Positions 1 to 11,863 of a stretch of DNA of 64,000 nt are shown here, piece by piece. The DNA comes from an uncultured Acidobacteriota bacterium (GTDB lineage: Bacteria; Acidobacteriota; Vicinamibacteria; Vicinamibacterales; 2-12-FULL-66-21). The notes under the pieces were generated by a model. That model worked only from the letters and a program-made list of their open reading frames with translations. It was not told where the DNA came from and did no database searches. The DNA is taken from positions 2,405-66,404 of the forward strand of contig CAVQAH010000024.1 in the NCBI GenBank assembly GCA_963710415.1, given 5' to 3'. The translations under genes were made by a program, and so were the position numbers. The first letter of the stretch is position 1; each line of letters begins with the position of its first letter.

Positions 1-370
1 GATGGAGCCGGTGTTCGCGCGCACGAAGTTCTCCAAGCCGATGTACGAGACAGGCGGCGCGCACGCTCGTCGAGACCGGCGGCGGCGTGTTTTCACACAC
101 CGTCGGCATGGCGGTGCACGACGTCGGCGGCTACCGCAACGGTCCGCTCAAGCCCGGTCAGGTCTTCTCGATCGATCCGCAGCTGTGGGTGCCGCGAGGA
201 GAACCTCTACCTGCGCTTCGAGGACACGGTCGTCGTCACCGAAACCGGCGTCGAGAACTTCACGGATTTCATGCCGATGGAGCTCGACGACATGGAGAAG
301 ACTGGTGCTCGAAAAGGGCGTCGTGCAGAAGGTGCCGCCGATTCCGGCGTCGGCGATCAAGAAGCGGTAG
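1..370 (+). CDS. M24-family Xaa-Pro aminopeptidase, C-terminal part (5' end off-window; frame broken near 196 and 300)
   Basis: Stitching three frames gives ...FSHTVGMAVHDVGGYRNGPLKPGQVFSIDPQLWVP / EENLYLRFEDTVVVTETGVENFTDFMPMELDDMEK / LVLEKGVVQKVPPIPASAIKKR*. This is the typical M24 metal-ligand region and C-terminus. Stop codon at 368-370. Confidence 0.7.
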   Translation, partial: MEPVFARTKFSKPMYETGGAHARRDRRRRVFTHRRHGGARRRRLPQRSAQARSGLLDRSAAVGAARRTSTCASRTRSSSPKPASRTSRISCRWSSTTWRRLVLEKGVVQKVPPIPASAIKKR

Positions 371-436
371 GATCGTCCGCGGCGGCATCTGAGCAAGCTC
401 GGACCGCGACTTGCGATAACTCTTGGAGCGTGCACT

Positions 437-1369
437 ATGGATCTGCTGCAGCTCGAACACTTCCTCGCCGTCGTCGAAGAACGCACCTTTACGCGCGCCG
501 CCGAGCGCGTCTGCCGCACACAGCCGGCCGTCAGTCAGAGCATCAAGAAGCTCGAGGACGAAGTCGGCGCGCCGCTCTTCGCCCGCGACGTGCACGAGGT
601 CTCGCTCACGGAAGCCGGACGAGTGCTCGCCGATTACGCGCGGCGCATGGTGAACATGCGGGACGAGGCGATGCACCAGGTGTCGCAGCTCAAGGCGTTG
701 AAGGCCGGGACGCTGGGGATCGCGGCCCACGAGTCGGCCGCCGTCTATCTGTTGCCTGCTCCGCTGCGCACGTACCTGCGCAAGTTCCCGGACATCAGGG
801 TCGGCATCTACCGCAGCCGGCTGAACGAGATTCCCGCGTCAGGTGATGGACCGCGAGGTGGATGTCGGCTTCGTGAAAGACGAACCGGCTTTCCACGAGC
901 TCCAGTGGGTGGAAGTCCACGCCGACGAGATGATCTGCATCGCGTCGCCGCGGCATCCGCTCGCCGCCCGAGAATCGGTCGCCGTCAGGGATCTCAGCTC
1001 CGAGCAGTTCGTGCTGCATCATCTCTGCGGCACCACGTCGGACATGATCTTCCGCCTCTTCGATCAGCACGGCGTGCGCTGCCGGATCGTCGCCGAGCTG
1101 TGGAGCTTCGAGAACATCAAGAGCTTCGTCCAGGAAGAGGTCGGGATGGCCATCGTGCCGGGCGTGACGGTGCGGCAGGAGTTGCGCGACGGAAAGCTCG
1201 TCCGCATCCCGCTTCGCGAGCTGTCCATTCCACGGCGAACGCTGATGGTTTATCGCGAGCAGGGCTACGTGTCGGACTCCGCCCGCGAACTGATCAAGAT
1301 CGTTCGCGCGTTCAACTGGGAGCTCGCCGATCCACGTCCCGCCCGCGTGCGCCTGGGCTTGTCGAATGA
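437..1369 (+). CDS. LysR-family transcriptional regulator (1-nt frame break at ~839; 3' end uncertain)
   Basis: N-terminal HTH: MDLLQLEHFLAVVEERTFTRAAERVCRTQPAVSQSIKKLEDEVG. The substrate-binding domain continues in the frame of ORF 843.. (QVMDREVDVGFVKDEP...LVRIPL...MVYRE). The context 'gcg t cag gtg atg' indicates one extra base. The shifted frame has no stop before 3305, so the end is not defined. Confidence 0.8.
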   Translation: MDLLQLEHFLAVVEERTFTRAAERVCRTQPAVSQSIKKLEDEVGAPLFARDVHEVSLTEAGRVLADYARRMVNMRDEAMHQVSQLKALKAGTLGIAAHESAAVYLLPAPLRTYLRKFPDIRVGIYRSRLNEIPASGDGPRGGCRLRERRTGFPRAPVGGSPRRRDDLHRVAAASARRPRIGRRQGSQLRAVRAASSLRHHVGHDLPPLRSARRALPDRRRAVELREHQELRPGRGRDGHRAGRDGAAGVARRKARPHPASRAVHSTANADGLSRAGLRVGLRPRTDQDRSRVQLGARRSTSRPRAPGLVE

Positions 1370-1565
1370 CGTCGAGGTCGCGGAGCGAACCTCGGCCTAC
1401 GATGCGGTTGCCGAGCGACCCGGCGCAACTTCGATGCGGTCGCGGAGCCGACGTCGAGCTATGGCGAGTCAACATCCCGCGCCGCGAAACACTCCGACGC
1501 CGGCGCCCCGCTCCCAGCCGCCGGCACCTGCGCGGGGTCCCTGGACTGGAGCGGTGAGAGACGCT

Positions 1566-3210
1566 ATGAAACCCCAACTCTTCGCTGCGGCGCTCATCGG
1601 GATCGTGCTCGGAACATTCGTGCCAGGCGGCGCGCAGACGCCGGCCCAGCCGCCCCAGGCACAACCCACTGCGGACCGCGATCCGTTGAACGCGGCGCCG
1701 GCTCGACGCGCCGATGAGGGCCGCGGGCCTTTCAAGACGCTCGTCATTCGGAACGCCACGCTGATCGACGGCACGGGCGCACCGCCGGTCGGGCCCGTCG
1801 ACATCGTCGTCCAGAACAACCGCATCCAGTCGGTCCGGAGCGCTGGAACCCCTGGGGTCCCGGTTCAGGCCAATCGTCCGCCCGAAAAACCGGACTTCGA
1901 AATCGACGCCACGGGCATGTACGTCCTGCCTGGCTTCGTCAGCCTTCACGAACACGCCGGCGGCGCTCCGAAAAACCCTGACGCCGAGTATCCATACAAG
2001 CTCTGGCTGGCTCATGGGGTTACGACCGTCCGCGGCGTTCCGCTCACGGATCACGCGCTGACGGTCAGCGAGCGCGAGCGCAGCAACCGCAACGAGATCG
2101 TCGCCCCGCGCATCGTCAACTATCAGCGTCCAGGTATGGGCTGGGGAAAGGGACCGACGGAGACTCCTGAAGCAGCGCGCGAGTGGGTTCGCTGGGGCGC
2201 CGCGAACGGGCTCGAGGGCGTGAAGCTCGGGGCACAGCGGCCGGACATCATGGCGGCACTGCTGGACGAGGCGAAAAAACTGAAACTCGGATCGACGGCG
2301 CACCTGCAGCAGACGGGTGTCGCGCAGATGAACGCGCTCGTCGCCGCCCGGCTGGGACTTCAAACCGTGACCCACTTCTACGGTCACTTCGAAGCGCTGT
2401 TGAAGGATTACGTCGTGCAGCCGTGGCCGGTCGATCAGATCAACGACGACGAGCAGATGCGATTCGGCCAGGTGGCGCGGCTCTGGGACAAGATCTACGA
2501 GCCTGGAAGCCCGCAGTGGAAGGAGTACCTCCAGGAACACCGCAAGCTCGGCACGACGTTCGATCCGACGATGACGGCGTATGCCGCGGGCCGCGATTTG
2601 ATGCGCATGCGCAACGCCGACTGGCACGCGCGCTACACGCTGCCGACGCCTGATGGACTTCTACACGCCGAGCCGCAAGAACCACGGCTCCTATTGGTAC
2701 TACTGGACGCTCGACGACGAGATCGCCTGGCGGAACTTCTATCAGGTCTGGTTCCGGCTGCTCAACGACTACAAGAAGCTGGGCGGCCGCGTGACGGCGA
2801 GCGCCGACGCGGCGTTCATCTACAACACCTACGGGTTCGGCAACATTCACGAGATGGAACTGCTGCAGGAAGCGGGCTTCCATCCGCTCGAAGTCATCCA
2901 GACGGCCACCTACAACCCGGCGATGACGCTCGCCGAAGCGGCCGGCACACCGATCGATCGCGGCGTCGTCCGCGCCGGACTGCTCGCCGACATGATCGTC
3001 GTCGATCAGAACCCGTTGAAGAACCTGAAGGTGCTGTACGGCACGGGCGCGCTGCGCCTGAACGATCAGACGGGCCGACCGGAATGGATCGGTGGCATCA
3101 AGTTCACGATCAAGGACGGGATCGTGTACGACGCGAAGAAGCTGCTGGCCGACGTCGCCGCGATGGCCGACAAGCAGCGGCAATCGCGGCGCACGTCCAA
3201 CCCGCAGTAG
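1566..3210 (+). CDS. Exported amidohydrolase-family protein (1-nt frame break at ~2649)
   Basis: Signal peptide MKPQLFAAALIGIVLGTFVPGGAQ. Followed by IRNATLIDGTG...DIVVQNNRI...YVLPGFVSLHEH (amidohydrolase metal motif). The C-terminal part lies in the frame of ORF 2653..3210 (ADMIVVDQNPLKNL...IKDGIVYD). Confidence 0.8.
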
Positions 3211-3299
3211 ACGAACCGTGGTTCGTGGTCCGTGGTCCGTGTCTCGCCGACCGTTCAGGTCGTTCGACGAGACACGAGCTACGAGCCACGAACCACGGC
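3211..3299. repeat. Imperfect palindromic element, GTGGTTCGTGG / CCACGAACCAC family, between convergent genes
   Basis: Left arm ccgtggttcgtgg..cgtgtctcg (3216-3246) pairs with right arm cgagacacg..ccacgaaccacgg (3268-3298). Related copies at 28133-28207 and 52255-52352. Half copies at 24905-24930 and 63637-63655. Confidence 0.7.
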
Positions 3300-3313
3300 T
3301 CCTGAATCACCTT

Positions 3314-6113
3314 TCAGAAGTCGATCGACACACCGAGCCGCAGAATCCGTGGAGACAGGATCTCGGTCGGACGCAGATACGTGTTGCCGACGTTGTTGTT
3401 GACGCCGGTGATCGTATCGGCATTCCCGAGGTTGAAGATTTCGAACAGTGGTGTGATCTGCCGTCCGCCGAATCTGAAGGACCGCGACACCCGCAGATCG
3501 AACATCTTCACGTCCGGCAGCCGCTCGTCGCCCCGTTCGGTCAGACGGATGGTCTGACTGGAACGCGTCAGGGTCGGGAAGATCGGGCGCGTGATGGCGT
3601 ACTGTGACTGATACGGGTAACCGTCATTCCAGATGAAGCTGCCGCTGATGTTGATGTCGTAGAACGCGATGTACGAGCCGGCCAGCCTGAAGGCGTATTC
3701 CGAATCGGTGCCCTCGATCCCGCGCGGGAAGTTGAGGCCGTTGTTCGGATCGTTCAGGTCGTTCTGTGCGACGCCGCCGTAGTTCTTGCCGAACGTCAGG
3801 CCGGCCACCATCTGCCAGCGATTCGTCATTCGCTTCACAGCCGTGAATTCGACGCCGTCGTAATCGGTATCCAGGAGAGAGTCGTTGTCGAACACATTGT
3901 CCTGGAACGCCTGACCCTGGAATGCGGGGTTGAGGTTGTAGAACGTAATCGTGCCGCCGGGTCCGGCCGGCGGACCGGGAACGGCGACGCTGGCCTCCGT
4001 GTAGGCGGACGGCGGAACGGTCACGTTGCGTTGCCCGACCACCTTCCGGTTCGTGCGGTGGTAGTACATGGCGCCGACGCGGAAATCGTTCATGAGCTGA
4101 TGCTCGACGCCGGCCGTAAACTCGTCGGAGTATGGCCAGTCCGGCCCATTCTCGTCCGGATATCGGCTCGTGACGCCGGGGAAGCCCGAGAACGTGCCCA
4201 GCTCGTTGCTCCTGCGGAATCCGGTCGCCGTTGAGTCGTTCCAACTCCGCGTGCCGTTGGTGAACTGGAACGGGTGGACGCGCTGCACGAGGGTCATGCC
4301 AACTTGTGCGGCGTAGCGGCTTGCGCTGGCCTTGAACGCGGTGCGGCCGTTGCCGAACGCGTCATAGACCAGGCCGGTACGCCACACGCCGATCCACGAG
4401 TTCGAACACGTCGGTCTCGGTCGATCGACCGCGCCGGCGCGAACTGACCCGTTCTCCTTCGCCTGCTCGGGCATCCAGCCGTTCGAGCGATCGACGCGAA
4501 TCCCCAGGTTCAGCGTGAGCCGCTTGTAGCTCCAGTTGTCCTGCGCGAAGAAGCCGATCGCACGGATCTTGCTGTCATGCGCGGTCGGCGTGTTGAACAG
4601 CCGGACCTGGGTCGCGCGGTCGTTCTCGAACTCGTAGTAGATGTCGCCGTTGACCCAATAGTGCTGGTCCATCCCCATCTGCGCGAACTGCACGCCGGCT
4701 TTCAGGACGTGGTCGCCCAGTCCTGCCGTATCTGGCCAGCGAGAACACGTTATCGATCTGCATGCGGTAGTTCGGCGACTCTTCGTGTCGCTGCGCCGCG
4801 ACAGACGCGGTGCTCGTCGAATTGTCCACGCGGCGGATGTCGTCTGGGGCCGACGTCCGGCTGGTAGTAGTAGTTGGTCACGCCGTCCATGATCCCGAAC
4901 GTCGACTCGAAGACGGCCCGGTTGCGGACGAGCGTGTACTTGGCCTGGGTCGAGAACGCTGGGTTGGTCTGCCACAGGGACGCGCGATCCTCGGCGAAGT
5001 TCGGCGGCGTGTCGCGCCGGTGGAAGCGTTCCTTCCAGTTGTAGTTGTACGCGTAGCTCAGCCTTGTGGTCGGGATTGATCTGCCACATCGCCTTGCCGG
5101 AGATATTCCAGATCAGATTGTCGTCGATGGCGCGGCTGCCGTCGGGATTGCGCGCCAGCGTCAGCTTGTCGGTGCGCCAGTTTCTGTACGAACCGTTGAC
5201 CCACAGCCGGTCGCGCAACAACGGCCCGCCGCCGGCAAGGTTGAAGTCGTAGAGCTTGGTCATCGGAATGCCGCCGGGCAATCCCGCCGCGATCGCGTCA
5301 TCGATCGTTGTCGCTCTGCCAGTCCTTGTCGGCGAAGAAATACTTCATATCGCCGCGCCAGCGATTGCCGCCGCTCTTCGTCACCATGTTCAGGTAGATG
5401 CCGCCGGTCAGGACCTCCGCGGGGATCGCCGACGTCTGATAGGTGATCTGATCGAACATCCCCTGGTCGTAGTAGAGCATCGTCGCTCCACCGCCGCCGC
5501 CCGGCCAGTTGACCGTGGTGCCGTCGATGGCGAAGTTCTTGTCGTCGTCGCGGGCACCGTGGACGCGCAGGGCGCTCTGCTGCATCGCCTGGTTGCCGCC
5601 GACGTCGTAGGTGGCCACCTGCACGCCGGGGATGATCTTCGCGAGCGACCACGGGTCGCGGCCGGTCGGCACGCCCTCGAGGATCTCCTGGTTCATGACC
5701 GTCTGCTGCAGGTTGGACTTGACGTCAACCGTCGGCGACGCACCCGTGACGGTGACCGTCTCCTCGAGATTGCCGACGTCGAGCTGCACGTTCACGGTTG
5801 CGGTGAAGCTGGCGCTGACGATGATGTCGCGTCGCTCGACAGCCTTGAACCCCTGTATCGAGAACTTCAGGTGATAGGTGCCTGGAAGCAACCGCTCGAA
5901 CCGGTAGTTGCCCGTGCTATCCGAGACCTGGGTCTGCGTGCTACCGATCACCCTGTCGCCCGAGAGCACGACCGTGACTCCAGGCATCACGCTTCCTGCG
6001 GTATCTTCCGTGACTCCGATGATGGACCCGGTCGCGACCTGCGCACTGGCGGGAACTGCTACGCAAACCACGAGTGTGAGCACGACGAGTAGCGACCTGA
6101 GGTGACTAAGCAT
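3314..6113 (-). CDS. TonB-dependent receptor with N-terminal carboxypeptidase-regulatory-like domain (at least 4 single-base frame breaks)
   Basis: N-terminal ORF 5298..6113 has a signal peptide, then VATGSIIGVTEDTAGSVMPGVTVVL...TGNYRFERLLPGTYHLKF and a plug region. The C-terminal ORF ends ...SPRILRLGVSIDF*, with the terminal Phe typical of barrel proteins. Frame breaks near 5290, 5040, 4845 and 4720 were recovered by hand translation. Confidence 0.85.
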
Positions 6114-6355
6114 GGGCCTCCTCCTGCGCCTCGCTTGGTTTCAAGCCGGGATTGATTGTCGAGTGCCGTATACACCCGACGGGCACCGTGGCGCCAATCA
6201 ACAAATCTGATAGGCAGATTAAGGTAAGGTGCGGAGGTGGGCCCGTGCCCGAGCTCAGCGGACAATCGTCGCGCTTTGATGGAGTCGAGAAGGAGGATTC
6301 GCGAGATGAGTTGGGGCGGGAGTTCCTACTTCTGCTGAGGTAGAATCCCTCGGCC

Positions 6356-8610
6356 ATGCGCATGTACTCCGTCGGTCTTATCGCATCGATCGCGTTGAGT
6401 CTTGTCAGCACGAGCGGCTGGCCGCCGGCGCGTCTCCCCAAGGGCCAACCTATGGAACCATCATCGGGATCGTCAGCGATCTACGGGCGCCCCCATCCCG
6501 AACGCCGAAGTGGAGGTGGCCGGAGGACCTATCGGGGGACCCCTCGTCATCATGACCGACGATCTTGGCAAGTATCGCATCTGGACCTTGCCTGCGGGCT
6601 CCTACACGGTGGCCGCGCGGGTTGGGGGATTTAGAGAGCGACGACTGAGGACTGGAGTTGGCAGCGGGAACGACGGTCACGGTGACTTGATGCTTCAACC
6701 AGGTTCGGTCAAGGAGACATCGCCGTTGAGTCGACATCATTTCAAATCGATGTGACCAACCCACATTGTGACACAGATCGACACGGATGCGCTTCAACGT
6801 TCCTGACATCGGGTGATTGCAGACTCATCAATCTCGCGCCTGGATCACCGCAGTTCGGGGTTTGGTGGCACGATCAACAGCAACGCGCTGTTCGTCGATG
6901 GCGTCGATGTCACCGAGCCACGAACGCAGGCTCGTGGGTTGAAGTTCCCTATCTGTGGACCAGGAGCTTGAGCGTGTCGGCCTCGGGATCGGATGTCGAT
7001 TCTGGTGAGTTCACGGGTGTAACGGCGAACGCAGATCTGCGGTTGGGGGCCAATCATGTCTTCGGCATGACCGACTGGTGGATCGTCCGGCATCCTGGCT
7101 AGATAACAACGTCTCGACAGCGACGCCGCGCCGCCTCGACACATGGTGGCAACTCAACGCCCAGGTTGGCGGGCCGCTGCAGCGCGATCGCCTCTGGTAT
7201 TTGCCGGACTTGATTTCCATCGGCTCGTGGATCGACCGGCGGGGTTCGAAGGACCTGGCGCACGTTCCGAAAGCACGCCGCGTTTGATCGGGCGGATGAC
7301 CATGGCACTTCGCCCACTGACCGGCTGGAGGGTTTCTGGTCGTACGGAGAGGTTCGACAGGATCTGGCTGACGTCGGCCAGATCACTCCTCAGGAGGTCG
7401 CATCGGACGTACGGCAGGGAGACACCCTGTGGAACTCCCGCTTGCTGGCGGTCAACGGCACGCGCTTGCTCGAAGTGACGTATGGCGGTTATGTGTCCAG
7501 CAGGTCGACATCCCTCACCGCCGAACACCGGGATGGCCAGCACCTCACTGGATTTCGCCTCGGACTGACTGGGAACGCCGCGCTTTCTCCGACGGGAACC
7601 TGTCAGCAACAGCTACGGGCAGTCTTCACGAGATGTCCGGGCCAGGCGGGACCATGAGCTCAAGGCGGGGGCGGAGGACACGTGGTCGAACTCGACCGAA
7701 CGAAGGGGCATCCCGACGGGTATCGAGTACCGCTTCGAGAACGGAGCGCCTCTCAACACGTTCAGCTGGGCGGGCGAGTCGACACAGCGACGGAAACAGA
7801 GCGGCCTTCTGGGCGCGAGATGTTGGAGATCTTGAGCAGTCTGACCTTGACCGCCGGTGTACGCGCTGATGTGAACTGCGGTTCGGTGCCAGACCGGGGA
7901 GTCGTGTTCAAAACGTCGCCGGTGACCGGATTGGCCTCGTCTGGGATGTCGGAACGAAACACCGGACGGCAATCAAGGCTCACTACGGCCGTTACGCGGA
8001 CTCCTTGCTGCTCAATCGGATCGCATTCCTCGACACCGCCGGCCAGCATCCACAGATTTTCTCGGTTCCGGATGGCAACGGCGGGTTCGTGGAAACGCTG
8101 CGTGTGACCCCACGGTGTCGAATCGCTTGATAACGATGACTTCCTCGTACGTCTGACCAGCTCGTGGCGGGAATCGAACATGTCGTGACTAGGGATTTGA
8201 CTGCACAGGCGATCTACTGGCGTCGTCACTTCGACAACTTCATGGCTCTTGTAGATACGACACCAGTGGGAACAGGTCGAGCGCAGCGATCCGTACTAGA
8301 CGGACCTCCGGTCTGCGACGACGGTGGCCTCTGCACCTATCGACTCCTGAACTTCGGCCGAAACCATCTGTATACGAATCCGGACGGAGCGTTTCGCTGA
8401 TACGACGCCTGCAGTTCGTCGCACGAAGCGCTACTGAAACTGCTGGCAGTTGCAGGGCTCCTTCACGTGGGCACGACTGATGGGACGATCGGCAACGGAG
8501 ATTTCTCGAACGCTGGTTCATGACACCGGCAACGTTCAGGGCCGTTCAGCCCGGTGTGCGACAACGCAGATCAACGCAGGGGCCTGCAGCGTTGACTTTC
8601 CTGAGGCAAA
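6356..8610 (+). pseudogene. Deeply decayed TonB-dependent receptor
   Basis: Recognisable remnants scattered over all three frames, interrupted by stops. Signal peptide MRMYSVGLIASIALSLVS; CarboxypepD_reg remnant TYGTIIGIVSDL / GAPIPNAEVEVAGGP...DDLGKYRIWTLPAGSYTVAARVGGF; FVDGVDVTEP; NAQVGGPLQRDRLWY (compare NLAGGGPLLRDRLWV in the receptor at 3314..6113). The 3' end is approximate. Confidence 0.6.
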
Positions 8611-8719
8611 AGTCTTTGGAACATGGCCGCGCTCTGGCTTGGTGGCTTCATGGTCAGCGGGCTGTTCAGAGCTACAGCGGGTATCGGTGGGAACGGTTTG
8701 TGATTACCAAACTTTGGAG

Positions 8720-11700
8720 TTGCTGGGAGAGGTGACTGTGCGCCGAACTCCGCGGCGAGCGATCGCTGCCAGCTGTCAAGAACATCGATCTCCGCGTCTC
8801 AAGGACTTTCCCCTCCCACTCGAGAGGAACGCTCCGATCCGCGTAGTGCTCAACGTCACAATCAAGGCCTGTGCATTCGCGTTCGGGCGATCGGGAGGAT
8901 CATCGGCCACTTGGCGCTTTTCCGATCTGAGGCTGCTTCGCGTCGCGAGATACTTCAGCTGCGCGGCAATTCACTCGTCAGCCTGCACGGACAATCTCGC
9001 GCGCGGCATATCCGAGGTGAATGCGAGTGGACGACCGTCGGGATGCATCTGACTTGCGCAGACCGCAGGGCAGACCATCCGGACGGGGGTTCCGCACTTG
9101 CTGATACCGCACAGTCTTGCCGACGGTCCTTCCACGGGAGTTGCTGGGGAACTGCGTGAAGAGCAGTTCCTGGTTGTCCGGCTCCAGGATTCGACGAGGA
9201 TAACCTCCTTGGGGTCACCGGTGAGGATCTGCGCGCGGTCTCCCGCCGCAGGATGGATCTCACCGCCACTGTCCGTCAGCCGCTGCACGGAATACGCACG
9301 GTAGTCGGTCAGTGGACAGTGCTGCCTCATGACTGGGCTGTCCCGGGACTTACTAGTTCCTTCACGCGCTCACCTTCGATGTCGATGCTGGCGATTCTCT
9401 GATCTTTGACTGCATCAGCGATTCGACCATCAGCCCACATCGCGCGACTGAGCTCGTCTTCTATGAAGCGGGACTTCGAGGGCGGCCGCAGCGTTCTCTT
9501 CCACGCGCCGGTCGCCCATCGAGGAAGTGTGTATGCCGACTGGTTCTGCAGGAAACCTCTGAGCGCTAGCTCTCCCGTCGGTGACTACTCGATTTGTGCG
9601 CTTGGGAGTCGCGTCGGAATCGTGAATTCCGTCACGCTTTCTCGATCGAAATCCCGCAGATGATGCGCGGGTTTGATCTCGGTTCACGCTGAATGGCCGC
9701 GGCTCGATATGAATGCGAGACGCCGGCCGTCGGGGCCATGCGGGCGACGTGTTGATGTCGATGACTCGCAGCGGTGCCGAACCGGCATCGAAGCTATTCC
9801 TGATGCTCATCGACGGCAGCGACGAGACATCGAATCGCTAGTAGAGATCAAATAGTGCAACGTGCCTCCGGGGAGAAGCTGATAGGCGACAGATGACGAC
9901 GGCCCATTCTGATTAGTTCGGGCTCGCTGATCGGTCGCTGCCTGCATCGGCACTGCCACATCCCATAGGTCCGCGCGGTCGCTACTGAAGAGCAGTGGGC
10001 CCATCCGGTGTCCACATCGGCGAGAGGTCGTAGCTGGGTCTGATTACCGTTTGATCTCGGCCGGTTCTCAGGTGACGACCGAATATCTCGTTCGGGTCCA
10101 TCTGCGCGCTGTCTGGCATCGAATGCGACACATGCCGCCGGTGCAGACTGGTAGACGGTACGTTGGGAGGGTCGATCTCCCGCAGATCGGGCCATGGTGA
10201 CAACGGCCGCGAGAACGACGGTCTATCCTGACTGCGCAAACCGACAATGCCTTCACCATCGAGCACCGAATAACAGACGAAGCTGCTCGCGGAAGGGTGA
10301 ATTGATGTCGGGCGAGCGTGCTGCCGGATTCAGCGTCGAGCTAGACGAAGCGCGCTCGGCGCTGGTAGATGCGACGCTAGCAGCCTCCGGGTCGCTACCA
10401 AGCAGCGACCAGGGATTTCTGGGTTCGCTACGTTCAGCAGTTGCTCGCGATCGCTAGCGAAGGAGACCACTCGGATTTCGTCGTAGGCACTGCGACGCTC
10501 AACGATATGCCACGCGCTCGGTGTCGGCTGAGAACAGCGGGTCGTATTGCTCTCTCTCCGTTCGATCGATCTTGCTGGAGGTCAGCTGCGTGTCTGACCT
10601 GTGTTGATCTTGTACAACGCGACTTGCGGGAAGTTCGCTCGATGCAGACAAAGAACGACCATCGGGTGATAGGGTGCCAGACATTCGGGATCCTTGGCGA
10701 TCAGCTGACGTTGTCGACCGCCCCTGCGAGCTGGATGCCATCGTCGCAGTGCCTCGAGACATGAGGCGAGGCGACGCTGCCACATTGTCGGCACAGCAGT
10801 GAAGACGCGCCGAAGCTGATCTCCTCTGTCTGCTGCACGCGTGTCGCGCGGCGAAGGCTTTTAACTCCGCTGCGATCGCGTCCGTTCGCAGAGCCGTCGT
10901 CGGGGCCGTTTCGAGTAACTCGTCAACGATCGAAGAGTCCGATGGCAGATCGATTGCCGCTGTGAAGCGGCGTATGACTCCGTTGTGGTGGGCGTCTGCA
11001 GCTCGCGTACGATCGTCCGTCACGGGAACGAACCGCTCACGAGATAATACAGAGCACGCCGACCTGTAGAGGTCTGTCGGGTGTTCGCGCCTCGAGACGA
11101 CGGGGCAGGTAGAGCGGAGTGCCGGCAACCTGTGGGTCGCTGTTATCGCCGATTCAGTCCGCCCGACTCGCTGAGCCGATGATACTGCTCTCATCACGCA
11201 GGATGTTCGTGCCGTGATGTCGCGGTGGACGCAGGCCGCCCATGCACAGCCTGTAGCGCGCCGCAGACGTCGGCCAACTCCTCGCGGCTTCCACAGCTCG
11301 AGCGTCCGCGTGACTCGATTTCGTCGGCGAGCGTGTGGCCACGGATGAACTCCATCGAGATGCCGACGCGGTCGTCGATCGTTGGTACGTGACAGTCAGC
11401 CGTTCGGGCGCCTACTCGGCAGCAGGCGCCCTCCTCGATGACGGTGTCCAGAGCGGGTCGTCGCCGACCGCGCGGTGGCGCAGCAGCTTCAACGCGACCT
11501 CGCGGTCGAGTCGTGGGTCCCACGCGCGATGACACATCGCCGAACGACCTCGGCCAACTTTGTCGAAGACCGTCAGCGGTCCCCATCTGACTAGCGTGTC
11601 GGGGGTGTTGGCAGCGTCAGTGCCTGTAGGATGCAGCAGCGAATCATGTTCGTCCGCCTGGACTGCGCGGGCAGGTTCAGGGAGTCGTGGGCCCTGACCA

Positions 11701-11827
11701 GGGCCTCGATGAATCGGAGCTCCGCGAACAGCGCACCGCTCGCCGCTGACACACCGGTCCAATCGACAGGCGTGCCGTCAACGATGGCTAGCGCGGCAAG
11801 AAGGTGAGGGTCGTCCTCAGCCATCAT
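8720..11827 (-). pseudogene. Deeply decayed Ser/Thr protein kinase with C-terminal PD40/TolB-like beta-propeller repeats
   Basis: Fragments found: MMAEDDPHLLAALAIVDGTPVDWTGV...ELRFIEALVRAHDSL; WGPLTVFDKVGRGRSAMCHRAWDPRLDREVALKLL (G-loop and VAxK); VIEEG...RVGISMEFIRGHTLADEI; PD40-like WSPDNQELLFTQ, HPDGRPLAFTSD, MWTPDG. Many stops and frame changes. The 3' end is approximate. Confidence 0.6.
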
Positions 11828-11863
11828 CTTGAAGAAAACCCAAAGACAATCTGATGGAACAGG

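Noticed and set aside
795-2627. Long antisense or shadow ORFs: 795..2627, 17295..18602, 18142..19413, 21372..23387, 29136..30395, 44546..45955, 46463..47524, 54158..55471, 57210..59261
   Set aside because: Each lies opposite to, or out of frame with, a gene that has clear family motifs. Their translations are Arg/Ala/Pro/Gly-rich, as expected for non-coding frames in high-G+C DNA.
8450-9052. 200-aa ORF, the longest in the decayed block, as a live gene
   Set aside because: It has no recognisable motifs or start signal. It overlaps the region where kinase and PD40 remnants are read on the opposite strand, and its length is within chance for this composition.
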